Assembly (NCBI RefSeq): GCF_036277355.1
Contig: NZ_DASUNC010000017.1
Location: forward strand, 3,873-67,872
Reading direction: 5' to 3'
Source: Archangium sp.
Lineage (GTDB): Bacteria; Myxococcota; Myxococcia; Myxococcales; Myxococcaceae
Length of the DNA: 64,000 nucleotides
How positions within the stretch are numbered: the first letter of the stretch is position 1; every line of letters starts with the position of its first letter. The translations under genes and the position numbers were made by a program. The notes beneath the pieces were generated by a model. The model was given only the letters and a program-made list of their open reading frames with translations. It did no database searches and was not told where the DNA came from. Positions 8,288 to 18,458 of the stretch are shown here, one piece after another.

Positions 8288-10477
8288 TTACGGCAGTTCC
8301 TCGGCCAGCAGGAGGTTCTGCCCGCGGTTCCAGCCGAAGTAGTTCGAGCCGCAGGTGCTTCCGTCCCCATGCAGTGTGGTCGACCAGATGGAGAACGTGT
8401 GGAAGCCGGGCGTCAGATTCGGAATGATGCACGTCAGGTTCGCCGGATGGTGATGGTCCTGCACGGCACCCGCATTCCACACGTACTGGCCGTTGATGCA
8501 CCCGGTGGGCTGGTAATCGACGTACAGCTGGAATTGGCCCATGCGCCCATTACAGCCGGCGACCGCGCGGAACGTGTCCGAGTACGTGACCTTCACCGTC
8601 TTTCCGGGAGCGCTGACGTAATGAACGATCTGTCGCGCACCGACGCCGGCCCATACACCAGAGATTTCGCCACTGGCGAAGCCCATGTTCGAGTAGGTGA
8701 GCCCCGTGTTCGGGAGTTCCTCGACGAGGAGGAGCGGACTGCTCCGCTCCCAGCCAAGGGACGCTTGACCGCCCGAGTTCGCTGAAAGGGCAACATCCAA
8801 CGTGTGCTGAGCAGCGGAGACGTTCGGCAGGATGCAGGTCATCACGAATGGATTGTGAAGATCACCGCCTGTTCCTTGGGCGTCATACTTACCCGTGTAG
8901 CAGTTGGTGTTGACCCCATCGAGCCGCACCATCACCGTGCCGTGCCCGCCGTTCTGGTTGTAGCCCACACGTAGAGTATCCGCGAGCGTCACCTTGAGCA
9001 GCGTGGACGCGGACTGCTTGAGGAACGTGACTTCACGCCCGCTCATCTTTGAGTATGACGGGACGGCCGTACCGCTCCACCCCCCCGCCTTGGAAAAGGC
9101 GTAGGGCTTTGAGCCATCGAGTTCTTCGGCGAGAAGCAACGCACTGCCGGACGTTACATGACCGATGTAGCTGGTTCCTCCGCTCGCCATCGTCCACACG
9201 TCGAATTCGTACAGCCCCTTCGGGAGCTGATCGGTGAGGCAGACGTTGGCGAAAGGCAGGTGATAGTTCTGGTTCCAGCCAGCCGTGTTCGCGTTGTACT
9301 GCCGGGCGTCGCAGTTGATCGAACTGCCGTTCATGCGCACCGAGTAATAACCACTCCCTCCGTTGAGGTTGAAACCAACCCGGAAATTGTCGGAGACAGT
9401 GAGCTTGATACGCGACGTATCGCTGCTCTTGTAGATCCAGACCCGGCGCGACACGGGGACCCACAGGTTGGTGATCTCACCGGATTCGTAGCTTCCCGGC
9501 TGGTTGTTCGCCCACTTCGTCCGGAAGAAATTGGCCGCGCTGCACACGAGCTGGGTCGTCGTGACCTCGGAATCGCTCAGCGTTCCGTCGCCATTCGAGT
9601 CGAAACCCGTCTTCACGGCCGTGCCGCCGTACGCGCAGTTGGCGCCCGCGGGCTCGGAATCGAGCCGTACGAGGGCCTCGCCCCGGTTCGGGTCCAGCGT
9701 CGCGGTGAGCCCGTTGCACACGAACGTGGTGTTCGTCACCTCACCGGTGCCGAGCGTTCCGTCACCATTCGCATCGAAGCCGCTCTTCACGGCAGTGCCA
9801 CCCTGGCCGCAGTTCGCACTGGCCGGCGCGGCATCGAGCCTGACGAGCGCCTCGGTACCACTCACGCCCGCCGATCCGGTGCAGACGTACTGCGTCGTCG
9901 TCACCTCGGTGCTCTCGAGCTGCCCGTTGACGTTCACGTCGATACCACCGAGGACGGCCGTTCCGCCCTGGGGGCAGTTCGAGCCGGCGGCCTCGGACAG
10001 CATCTTCATCAGGTACGCATTGCCCTTCTTCTCGCCCTGCCCATTGCAGAGGAACTGCGTGTGGGTGACCTCGGAGTCCCCCTGCAGCCCGTCGGCGTTC
10101 GTGTCGCGCCCGGACAGGACGGCGGTGCCACCGGAGGCACACCGCGCACCCGGCGCCTCGGGCATCAGCTTCACGAGCGACATGCCGCCAGCCTGGGGGC
10201 CGCTGCCGTTGCACACGTACGAGGTCTGCTCCACCTCGTCGTCGCTCAGCGAGCCATCCCCGTTGTGATCGAGGCCCGTCTGGAGCGCGGTGCCACCCTG
10301 GGGGCAGCGGGCGCCCGGTGCCTCCGGAATCAGCCGGACGGCCGCGTTCTTGCCGTTGCTGCTGGAAGTACCGCCCTGCCCGTCCGCGCCCGGAACCTCC
10401 GAGGGCGAAGAACACGCGGTGATCGCGAAGACGAAACCGGCCACGACAGACGGACGCCAACTCCACTGCTGGGACAT
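8288..10477 (-). CDS. Repeat-rich lipoprotein of unknown function
   Basis: Signal peptide plus lipobox (FAITAC|SS). Six ~45-aa Cys-containing repeats (LVRLD.EPAGANC..GGTAVK.GFD.NGDGTL.D.EVT.T.FVCNG), then three ~125-aa repeats each ending LLLAEELP/D. Confidence 0.7.
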   Translation of the reverse strand: MSQQWSWRPSVVAGFVFAITACSSPSEVPGADGQGGTSSSNGKNAAVRLIPEAPGARCPQGGTALQTGLDHNGDGSLSDDEVEQTSYVCNGSGPQAGGMSLVKLMPEAPGARCASGGTAVLSGRDTNADGLQGDSEVTHTQFLCNGQGEKKGNAYLMKMLSEAAGSNCPQGGTAVLGGIDVNVNGQLESTEVTTTQYVCTGSAGVSGTEALVRLDAAPASANCGQGGTAVKSGFDANGDGTLGTGEVTNTTFVCNGLTATLDPNRGEALVRLDSEPAGANCAYGGTAVKTGFDSNGDGTLSDSEVTTTQLVCSAANFFRTKWANNQPGSYESGEITNLWVPVSRRVWIYKSSDTSRIKLTVSDNFRVGFNLNGGSGYYSVRMNGSSINCDARQYNANTAGWNQNYHLPFANVCLTDQLPKGLYEFDVWTMASGGTSYIGHVTSGSALLLAEELDGSKPYAFSKAGGWSGTAVPSYSKMSGREVTFLKQSASTLLKVTLADTLRVGYNQNGGHGTVMVRLDGVNTNCYTGKYDAQGTGGDLHNPFVMTCILPNVSAAQHTLDVALSANSGGQASLGWERSSPLLLVEELPNTGLTYSNMGFASGEISGVWAGVGARQIVHYVSAPGKTVKVTYSDTFRAVAGCNGRMGQFQLYVDYQPTGCINGQYVWNAGAVQDHHHPANLTCIIPNLTPGFHTFSIWSTTLHGDGSTCGSNYFGWNRGQNLLLAEELP

Positions 10478-10788
10478 TCAACCTCTCCTGGATTGCAGAA
10501 GCGTGGGACACGCCGCATCGCGGTCCGTTCACGCATCAGTGCGCGGAAGAGAACTGTGTTTGCCCTATCACCGTCAAGACACCGGACCCGCACCAGCGAG
10601 GCGCCAGGAATAACGGCCGATCAGCAGGCAAACATGCTTGATTCATATCATGTAAGAAATTGGTTCAAGCTCGCCATGGGCAGGCTGCTCGGACAGTGCG
10701 GCATGCGGCAGACCCGTCTGAGGAGCAGGCAGGCCCGAGTCCTCCCATTTCCCACTTTGTTGATTTGAGGACAAAATTTTCTTCACCC

Positions 10789-13032
10789 ATGCTCATCAGT
10801 CCCGCTCCCGCCCCGCGCACAGAGCCCCTCCTCTCCTCGCCCGCGCTGGAACAACTGCTGACCTGTTACCCGAGGACCCCCGAGGCGGAGGAGCGGCTGC
10901 GCGAGCTGCATGCGCTGCTGACATCGGCCCGGCCCCAGGAGCCGCTCGCGGCCCGCCTGACGTGGCTGGAGGAGCTGGTCCGCTGGCTCCAGGCTCGTGG
11001 TGCCACGCCCTCGCGGCGCGGACGGCTGGCGCCGGTGGAGTCCCCGGGCTCGGCGCGCCTGCGGCTGCTGGTGGAGGTCCTCGGCGAGGCACCCGCGTGG
11101 TGCGAGTCCCTGCGCGATGTCCTCGCGTCGGTGCTCGCCGAGACGTCCGCGCTGAGGTTGTTCACCGAGCCGGGCCTGTCCGCCGCACGAGGCCTCCTGG
11201 GGGATGCCGTGGCGCGGCTCGGACAGCGGCTGGTGCCCCCGGCGCCGGACGAACGGGACCTCTCTCCATTCGTATGGCGCCTGTTCCCCGGGAAGGAGGG
11301 ACAGGCCTGGCTGGATGAGTTGTCCGAGGAGCTGGTGGTGGCCTTCTGTGCCCTGCTGCGAGCGCCCTCCTTCGCCCCGTTGACGGAGGCGGTGGAGGAC
11401 GCGGTGCTCGTACTCGCCGCGCGCGCGAGTGCCCTCGGTCTGGCGAGTGACGTGCTGGCGCGGCTGCCTCCGGGGCCACTCGAGCACTCCCCGTTCGTCC
11501 GCCTGCCGCGCGCGTGCGAGGCATTGCGATGGGAGGTGCGAACGGGCGCGCAGGGCTCCACCGTGGAGCGGCGGCGAAAGGTCTGCGCCGAGGCCATCGC
11601 CGGTTGCCGCGCCGCCACGCAGCGCGTGCTGCGCCACATGGATGCACACGCCGTGGGGACGGATCTCGTCTACCGGCTCGAGCAGCTCGGCCACGCCCTG
11701 GATCGGCTGGAGTCACTGCTGTGGTTGCTCGCCCCGGACCGCGTCCACGCCACCCCTGGCGCCGCCCTCCGGCTGTTGTCCTCGCTGGTGGATGCGCACG
11801 CGCGGGAGCGCAGCGTGGCCGCGCTCTTCCGCAGCAGCGTGCGGTGCATCTCGCGGCGCATCTTCGAGCACACCGGCGAGGTGGGCCGCCACTACATCGC
11901 CACCACCCAGGACGAGTACCACCGGATGGTGAGCGCGGCGGCCGGCGGCGGGCTGCTCACCGCGGGCACCGCGGCGCTCAAGCTGGCCATCACCTTCGCG
12001 GCGCTCCCCCTCTTCTTCGAGGGGCTCGCGGCCGCCACCAACTATGCCCTCGGCTTCCTGCTCATCCAGCTGCTCGGCTTCACCCTTGCCACCAAGCAGC
12101 CCTCCATGACGGGCGCGGCCCTGGCGGCCTCGATGGACGTGAAGGCCGGTGACAAGGGGATGCACAGCCTGGTGCGACAACTGGCCTGCATCACCCGCTC
12201 GCAGCTGGCCTCGGTCTTCGGCAACCTCGGAGCGGTGGTGGCCACCGTCACCGTCGTGGGACTCGTCCTCCAGGCGCTCCGGGGCCAGCCACTGCTGGAG
12301 CCGAGCGAGGCGGAGTACGTGGTGCGCTCGCTCCACCCACTGAAGAGCGGCACCCTGCTCTTCGCAGCCCTCACCGGCGTGCTGCTGTGGTGCTCGAGCG
12401 TCTTCGGCGGCTGGCTGGAGAACTGGGTGCACTACCAGCGCCTGCCCGAGGCGCTCGCGCGTCACCCCGGCCTGCGCTGTCTGCTCGGTGAGGCCCGGGC
12501 GAAGTGGCTGGGCGAGGCCCTCGCGCGTCATGCGTGCGGCCTGGGCGCCAATGTCAGCCTCGGATTGCTGCTGGGCATGACGCCCGCGGTGTGCCGCTTC
12601 TTCGGTCTGCCCATGGACGTGCGGCACGTCACCCTCAGTGCCGGCACCCTCGCCTTCGCCGGCACGGCGCTGGGGCCCGAGCGGCTCGTGGAGCCGGCCT
12701 TCCTCTGGGCCGTGGTGGGTATCCTCTGCGTGGGGGTGATCAACCTGGCCGTGAGCTTCTCGCTGGGGCTCTCCGCGGCGGTGCGGGCCCGGGGCCTGGA
12801 GCCGGTGGGCTTCCTGCGCCTGGCGGGCGCGGTGCTCGCGGGCGGCCTGCGCTCCCTGTCCGAGTTCGTCCTTCCCCCCGTGACCCTGCTGCCAGCGCCC
12901 CCACCCTCGTCGCGCTACGGCGTGCGATCGGCGGCGCGCCCGCGCGCTTCCACCCGAGGTGGAGAGGGCTTCCACGGAATGCCTCTCGCTCCGAGTAGAA
13001 CCCCTCCCAGTACTCCACATCAGAGCAGGTGA
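10789..13032 (+). CDS. Large polytopic membrane protein, possibly Gcr-type 'site-specific recombinase' family (PF10136-like); function unknown
   Basis: ~400-aa soluble N-terminal region, then a multi-TM C-terminal half (LAITFAALPLFFEGLAAATNYALGFLLIQLLGFTL...). The family assignment is from memory of its architecture and is weak. ATG start at 10789 (MLISPAPAP); the track starts at 10660. Confidence 0.55.
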   Translation: MLISPAPAPRTEPLLSSPALEQLLTCYPRTPEAEERLRELHALLTSARPQEPLAARLTWLEELVRWLQARGATPSRRGRLAPVESPGSARLRLLVEVLGEAPAWCESLRDVLASVLAETSALRLFTEPGLSAARGLLGDAVARLGQRLVPPAPDERDLSPFVWRLFPGKEGQAWLDELSEELVVAFCALLRAPSFAPLTEAVEDAVLVLAARASALGLASDVLARLPPGPLEHSPFVRLPRACEALRWEVRTGAQGSTVERRRKVCAEAIAGCRAATQRVLRHMDAHAVGTDLVYRLEQLGHALDRLESLLWLLAPDRVHATPGAALRLLSSLVDAHARERSVAALFRSSVRCISRRIFEHTGEVGRHYIATTQDEYHRMVSAAAGGGLLTAGTAALKLAITFAALPLFFEGLAAATNYALGFLLIQLLGFTLATKQPSMTGAALAASMDVKAGDKGMHSLVRQLACITRSQLASVFGNLGAVVATVTVVGLVLQALRGQPLLEPSEAEYVVRSLHPLKSGTLLFAALTGVLLWCSSVFGGWLENWVHYQRLPEALARHPGLRCLLGEARAKWLGEALARHACGLGANVSLGLLLGMTPAVCRFFGLPMDVRHVTLSAGTLAFAGTALGPERLVEPAFLWAVVGILCVGVINLAVSFSLGLSAAVRARGLEPVGFLRLAGAVLAGGLRSLSEFVLPPVTLLPAPPPSSRYGVRSAARPRASTRGGEGFHGMPLAPSRTPPSTPHQSR

Positions 13033-13092
13033 AGCGCCCGGGCTCGGCCCGGTAGACTGCGTCTCCGTCGCCACTCCCTCCCGAGCACGACC

Positions 13093-13731
13093 ATGACCGC
13101 CGCCCAGACCGCCAAGACCCTCCTCACCCGCCTCCACGAGGCCCACCCGGGTGCCCGCTACGAGCTCAACTGGAGCACCCCCTTCGAGCTGCTCGTCGCC
13201 ACCATCCTGGCCGCGCAGTGCACGGACGAGCGCGTCAACCGCGTGACCGCCACCCTCTTCAAGAAGTACCCCGGCCCCCAGGCCTTCGCCGAGGCCGACA
13301 CCGCCGCGCTCGAGGAGGACCTCAAGCCCACCGGCTTCTTCAAGCAGAAGACGAAGTCCGTGCAGGCCATGAGCCGCGAGCTGCTCGCGAGCTTCGGCGG
13401 CACGGTGCCCCAGACGATCGACGAGCTCATCACCCTGCCCGGCGTGGCCCGCAAGACGGCCAACGTCGTGCTCAACACCGCCTTCAACCTCCCCTCGGGC
13501 GTCATCGTCGACACCCACGTGGCCCGCGTCAGCCAGCGAATGGGCCTCTCCAAGAAGGAGAAGCCCGAGGAGATCGAGAAGGATCTGATGAAGCTCGTCC
13601 CCCAGGACCAGTGGACCTTCTTCGGGCCCGCGACCGTGCTGCACGGCCGCTACACCTGCACGGCTCGCAAGCCCAGGTGCGAGGCCTGCCCCATGAGCGA
13701 CATCTGCCCGAAGATCGGCATCGAGGAGTAG
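13093..13731 (+). CDS. nth: Endonuclease III (DNA glycosylase/AP lyase)
   Basis: HhH-GPD motif LPGVARKTANVVL, catalytic Lys/Asp, and C-terminal 4Fe-4S cluster CTARKPRCEACPMSDIC (C-x6-C-x2-C-x5-C). Confidence 0.9.
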   Translation: MTAAQTAKTLLTRLHEAHPGARYELNWSTPFELLVATILAAQCTDERVNRVTATLFKKYPGPQAFAEADTAALEEDLKPTGFFKQKTKSVQAMSRELLASFGGTVPQTIDELITLPGVARKTANVVLNTAFNLPSGVIVDTHVARVSQRMGLSKKEKPEEIEKDLMKLVPQDQWTFFGPATVLHGRYTCTARKPRCEACPMSDICPKIGIEE

Positions 13732-13753
13732 GACGCCCCGCCCCACCCGGTGC

Positions 13754-14461
13754 TCACCGGGCGGCGCGAGCCACCCGCGCGAAGTGGTGGGCGAGCCGCT
13801 CGAGCAGCTCCCGGTTCTCGGCCTCGGCCGTGCGGAGCTTGGGGAGCTGGGAGCGCAGCTCGTCCACGTCCTTCTCGTACAGCTCGACGAGCTCCTCGGC
13901 ACCCTGGGTGAACCAGCGGTCGAGCTCGTCCGCGGTGAGCTCCAGGTGGAACTGGAAGCCATACGAGTCGCCGAGCCGGAAGGCCTGCTGGGTGTAGCGA
14001 TCCGTGGAGGCCAGGAGCGTGGCGCCGGGCACGGCCTTGAAGGTGTCCTGGTGCCAGTGGGCCACCGGGGTGCGCGGGCGCACGCCGGCAATGACGGGAT
14101 CGGCGAGTGCCTCCTTCGTCCAGCGCACGGGGGCCACGCCCACCTCGAGGCCGTTCTTCCCGACGAAGACCTCGGAGCCGGCCGCGGCCGCCAGCAGCTG
14201 CGCGCCCAGGCACAGGCCCAGCACCGGGAGCCCCAGGGCGAGCCGCTCGGTCACCAGGGCCAGCTCCTCGCCGAGGAAGGGATGGCGATCCGCCTCGTAG
14301 ACGCCCATGGGGCCGCCGAGCACCACCACCAGCTCCGCGTTCAGGTCCTCGCGCTTGACGGTGCGGAAGCGCTTCACCAGCGTGAAGCCCGCCGCCTCCA
14401 GCGCCGGACCGAGCAACCCTGGCCCCTCGTGCTCCTCGTGCTGCATCACCACCGCGCGCAT
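13754..14461 (-). CDS. Class I (type 1) glutamine amidotransferase-like protein
   Basis: GATase1 fold with nucleophile elbow LGLCLGAQLLA and a downstream His (HWHQDTF). ATG start at 14461 (MRAVVMQHEEHEGPG). Confidence 0.75.
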   Translation of the reverse strand: MRAVVMQHEEHEGPGLLGPALEAAGFTLVKRFRTVKREDLNAELVVVLGGPMGVYEADRHPFLGEELALVTERLALGLPVLGLCLGAQLLAAAAGSEVFVGKNGLEVGVAPVRWTKEALADPVIAGVRPRTPVAHWHQDTFKAVPGATLLASTDRYTQQAFRLGDSYGFQFHLELTADELDRWFTQGAEELVELYEKDVDELRSQLPKLRTAEAENRELLERLAHHFARVARAAR

Positions 14462-14561
14462 GGCGCCTCCTGGATGGGAGTCCGGGCACCGTAACGGCAA
14501 AGGCCCCACCCGGGAAGCCCGGATGAGGCCTTCATCGCCGCGGAGCCGGAGCTCCGAGCCC

Positions 14562-14711
14562 TTACGGGCAGGGAGAGGTGCAGACCAGCTCGCCCGTGAT
14601 CGGGTGCTTGTAGCAATACGGCGCGCAGGTATCGGCCGCCTGCACGGGGGCGGAAGCGAGGCCCAGGCCCAGGGCGATGGCGGCGACGGCGACGAAGAGA
14701 ACGCGCTTCAT
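14562..14711 (-). CDS. Small secreted cysteine-rich peptide (49 aa precursor; predicted ~25-aa mature peptide with 4 Cys)
   Basis: Not in the ORF track (<60 aa). MKRVLFVAVAAIALGLGLASAPVQA|ADTCAPYCYKHPITGELVCTSPCP. Strong SD (AAGGAG) 7 nt upstream of the ATG; canonical signal peptide with an AxA cleavage site. Divergent from the TetR gene. Confidence 0.45.
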   Translation of the reverse strand: MKRVLFVAVAAIALGLGLASAPVQAADTCAPYCYKHPITGELVCTSPCP

Positions 14712-14988
14712 GGGGTGCTCCTTGGGGGGTTTGAAGTGCAGCGCGGTGACGATAGGGGATTGCCTCAGAGCCGGATAGCTTTTCCTGTTCTCCCGGATAT
14801 TTCCCGTTTCGGCGCACGAGGGCTCCTGGGGAGTGTGCGCGCCATGCGCCGCACCGCCTCGGCGAGCTCGGACTCATCGGCAATGCGAGCGAAGCCCAGC
14901 CGCACCGCGGGTACGGGGCGGCCATCCCCGAGGCCGATAAATCTCCCCACCGAGGAAGGATATAAACCCACACGATCGGCTTGATTCG

Positions 14989-15008
14989 GGAATATTCGCC
15001 GAATATCC
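14989..15008. promoter_or_regulatory. Near-perfect inverted repeat GGAATATTCG-C-CGAATATCC, candidate TetR operator
   Basis: Palindrome 10-30 nt upstream of the TetR start codon, inside the 306-bp divergent intergenic region shared with the small peptide gene. Confidence 0.35.
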
Positions 15009-15017
15009 ATCTCGATC

Positions 15018-15641
15018 ATGGGAAGGATATCGGGAGCCCGGAACCGCAATCATGACGAGACGCGCTCGCGGCTCCTGGCGAGCGTAGCGCAGCAGATGCT
15101 GATGTCGGGCGGCTCGCACCCGAGCATGCGCGTGCTCGCGGAGGGCGCCGGGGTGGATCCCGGGACGCTGAGGCACTACTTCGGTGATCGCCACGGCGTG
15201 GTGCAGGCCGCCTTCGATTACCTGTTGAAGTTCGGACAGGAGCGCCAGGCCTGGGCGAAGTCCCTGGCGGAGCTGCCCGCGAGAGAGGCCTTCACCCAGC
15301 TGCTGGGGCAGATCGCCGCCGCGTGGTCGGGAGCCCTGGGCGGCATGCACGCCGCGGGCTTCGCCGAGGGCATGGCGGACTCGGAGCTCGGGCAGATCTA
15401 CGTCTCGTCGATCCTCGAGCCCACGCTGGTTTCCGTCGAGGAGCTGCTGATTGTCTTCCACACGCGAGGAGAGCTGTCCGTGCCGGATGCGCGGGTGGCC
15501 GCGCTCGCGTTGATGTCACCGCTGCTGCTGGGGCTCTTCCACCAGCATCAGTTGCAGGGCCGCCGTTGCCGTCCGCTCGTCCTGGAGCGCTTCATCGAGC
15601 AGCACCTGGACGGCTTCTTGAAGGGTTACGCGAAGAGCTAG
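15018..15641 (+). CDS. TetR/AcrR family transcriptional regulator
   Basis: N-terminal HTH (TRSRLLASVAQQMLMSGGSHPSMRVLAEGAGVDPGTLRHYF) and an ~150-aa C-terminal ligand-binding domain. Confidence 0.8.
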   Translation: MGRISGARNRNHDETRSRLLASVAQQMLMSGGSHPSMRVLAEGAGVDPGTLRHYFGDRHGVVQAAFDYLLKFGQERQAWAKSLAELPAREAFTQLLGQIAAAWSGALGGMHAAGFAEGMADSELGQIYVSSILEPTLVSVEELLIVFHTRGELSVPDARVAALALMSPLLLGLFHQHQLQGRRCRPLVLERFIEQHLDGFLKGYAKS

Positions 15642-15674
15642 TTCCACGCTTCATTCCAACAGGGGAGTTGTCCA

Positions 15675-17068
15675 TGCTTTCACCGCGTCTATCGACGGTG
15701 CTGGTCGTGTTGTTGCTCGTGGCGGGCTGTCAGTGTGGCGGAGGGGGTGAAGTCCCCACCGTCCCGGAGAAGGTGGTGGGCCACTGCGTCTACACGAACC
15801 GGTTCAGCAGCATGGAGGAGTGCCGCGACTACGTCGGTGAGTGGACCGACGAGGCCGCGGTGGAGGACTGCAAGGATCAGGGCTCGACGGCGGTGCTGGG
15901 CTCGGCGTGCAACCTGCCGGAGCGGCTGGGCTACTGCTTCCTGGGGGGCGAGAACGAGCGGTGGACGCGCATCAGCTTCCCCGGAGTGGACGCGCAGCAG
16001 TGTGGCTCCATGCAGCGCGGGTGCGAGCTGTTCGGCGGTGGCGTGTTCGACCCGGCGCCCGTGTGCGGCGGGCAGGTGGAGGACAGCGGTGGAGGGACGG
16101 GGCTGCCCACGTTCCAGCAGCCGGTGCTCAACTGTGTGGATCCCAAGCCGGGCGAGCCCGCCGGGATGTCGCCGGGCGGAAAGGTCTGCACGTGGGAGAT
16201 GATCTCCGGAGCCACCGAGCCGGGCCGCAGCTTCATGGACTACGCGAGCTGCGATCGCGTGCGCACGCAGCGTCCGTACTACCCGGTGCCGCCGGCGGAG
16301 AACGCGGAGCGCGAGGACGCGCGCATGCAGGATCCGGCGTACGTGGCGGAGGCCAACTGGGTGAGGTCGCAGATCGAGTCGACGGCGTGTGTCTGCTGCC
16401 ACTCGACGCGTGCGCCGAAGGGCCCGTCGAACTGGTACGTCGAGTCGCCGGGCAACTTCCTCAACTCCTTCCATCCGCGAGGCCTGGCCATGGGCGCCGG
16501 GTGGATCAACACGGTGGGCTTCGGCGCGTACCCGCGTGAGCAGAACAACGGCTTCTCGCGAGCGGGCCCCGAGAACCCGCACGACTCCATCTTCGTGACG
16601 ACGGATCCGGTGCGGATGATGAGCTTCTTCGAGGCCGAGCTCTTCCACCGGGGCTACAAGCGCGAGGACTTCGCGGGCCAGACGTACGGCGCGGGTCCGC
16701 TGGACGATCAGCGCTTCTTCCGGCCCTCGCTCTGTGAGAACGGAGAGGGTGTCGCCGCGGACGGGACGCTCACCTGGAGGGGCGGCAAGGCGCGGTATGT
16801 GTACGTGCTCGAGGCCAGCGCCACGTCGCCGACGGTGCCGCCGAACCTGGATCTGCCCACGGGCACGCTCTGGCGCATCGACGTGCCGGTGGATGGAACC
16901 CCCGTGTCGAGCGGGACGGTGCGGTACGGCGTGGTCCCCACGGGCCTGTCGCAGCGCTTCCCGGCGTCCGGCCAGCCCGACGCGCTGGTGAGTGGCAGGA
17001 CGTACTACCTGTACGTGCTGGCGGACATCATCATCCCCGTCACCCGCTGCCTGTTCACCATGCCGTAG
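15675..17068 (+). CDS. Lipoprotein of unknown function (Cys-rich)
   Basis: RBS GGGGAG, then MLSPRLSTVLVVLLLVAGC|QCGG lipobox. No recognisable domain. 33 nt downstream of tetR on the same strand. Confidence 0.65.
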
Positions 17069-17153
17069 TCCTCCACGATTTCTGCACGAACATTCCTCGG
17101 GGGGTGCACGGGGCGTCCATTCCCGTTGCACCCCCCTGTCCCACTCTGGGCCC

Positions 17154-18455
17154 ATGAGCCCAGACACCCTTCCTCCCACGCCCTCACCGCGTCCACCGGA
17201 CTCGCCGGTCCGGCGCGCGTTCAGGTGGCTCGTCCGCCACCACGTCTTCGGCAGCCTCCTCATCGTCGTCTTCGCCACGGCGGTCATCGCCGGCCAGGTG
17301 GCGGATCGGACGGACTTCGCCAGCTCGGAGCTGGCCCGGGACGTGGAGGAGCGCTGGGGCGCCCCCGTCGTCCAGCCCGCGCCCTCGCTGCGCTACGTGC
17401 AGAGCGGCACCATCTTCACCGAGCTCAAGCCCCTGCCCTTCGACAAGCAGCACGTGCAGGTGCAGTCCCGGATGAACTACCGCAAGCGGGGCCTGCGCTA
17501 CTTCTCCGGCTTCGACTTCACGATCTCCGCCGACTACGCCGTCCTCAACCGCGAGGGCCACGACATCGACGTGGCCTTCATCTTCCCCATCGAGGTGGAC
17601 AAGTCCCAGGTGCTCCTCTCGGAGCTGCAGTTCCTCGTCAACGGCGCCGAGTCGGACCTGGACCTCGGCGAGTCCGGCAACCGGCTCGTCTGGACGGGCC
17701 GCATCTCCCAGGGCGCCACCAACACCTTCTCCATCCGCTACCGCGCCCGGGGGCTCGACTCGTTCATCTACAAGCTGGATCCCGCCCTGCCGGCCCGTGA
17801 CGTGCGGCTGCACATGGCCGTCGAGGGGGGCGAGAACTTCGACTATCCGCCCCAGGTGCTCTCGGCCAGCCGGGTGGAGACCGGGCGCGGCACGGTGGCG
17901 CTCGACTGGGCCTTCCAGTCGCTCGAGTCGGGCGTGAGCCTCGGTGTCATCCTCCCCTCGGTGGAGGCGTATGATCTCGTCATCTCCACCATGGCGGGCC
18001 GCGCCTGGGTGCCCTTCCTCGCCCTGCTGGCCCTGATGGCCGCCTTCAGCATCCGCCACCGCCGGCCGCTCGCCTTCTACGAGTCCTACCTGCTGGCCTC
18101 CGCGTACGGCTTCTTCTTCGTGCTGCTGGCCTACCTCGCGGCCTTCATGAACTTCTACGTGGCCTATGCGGTGGCCACGCTCGGCCTCGGCGCGGCGGTG
18201 GTCGTCTACGCGAAGCGCCTCTATCCCCAGGAGAAGAGCGCGCACCTGGCGGGCGTCTGGGCGGCCACGCTCGTGGTGCCCACCACCGCCGTCATCCTCC
18301 AGGGCTACACCGGCCTCATCTACACGCTGGAGATCCTCGCGGCGCTGCTCGGCCTGATGGCCCTCTCCACCCGCGCGAGTGTGCGGGCCCTGCTCTCGGA
18401 TCTCCCCCCCGGCGGTGAACCGCCGCACGCCCCCATCGCCCAGGAAGCGAGGTGA
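17154..18455 (+). CDS. Inner membrane protein, CreD-like architecture (cell envelope integrity family), tentative
   Basis: N-terminal TM, ~280-aa periplasmic beta-rich domain, five C-terminal TMs. The TM block after IRHRRPLAFYESYLLASAYGFFFVLLAYLAAF resembles CreD (RLHPMQYLLVGLSLVMFYLLLLALSEH). ATG at 17154. Confidence 0.55.
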   Translation: MSPDTLPPTPSPRPPDSPVRRAFRWLVRHHVFGSLLIVVFATAVIAGQVADRTDFASSELARDVEERWGAPVVQPAPSLRYVQSGTIFTELKPLPFDKQHVQVQSRMNYRKRGLRYFSGFDFTISADYAVLNREGHDIDVAFIFPIEVDKSQVLLSELQFLVNGAESDLDLGESGNRLVWTGRISQGATNTFSIRYRARGLDSFIYKLDPALPARDVRLHMAVEGGENFDYPPQVLSASRVETGRGTVALDWAFQSLESGVSLGVILPSVEAYDLVISTMAGRAWVPFLALLALMAAFSIRHRRPLAFYESYLLASAYGFFFVLLAYLAAFMNFYVAYAVATLGLGAAVVVYAKRLYPQEKSAHLAGVWAATLVVPTTAVILQGYTGLIYTLEILAALLGLMALSTRASVRALLSDLPPGGEPPHAPIAQEAR

Positions 18456-18458
18456 ACC

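Noticed and set aside
14765-15049. 94-aa minus-strand ORF across the tetR promoter/start
   Set aside because: It overlaps the tetR start and the operator palindrome, has no RBS, and gives a low-complexity translation.
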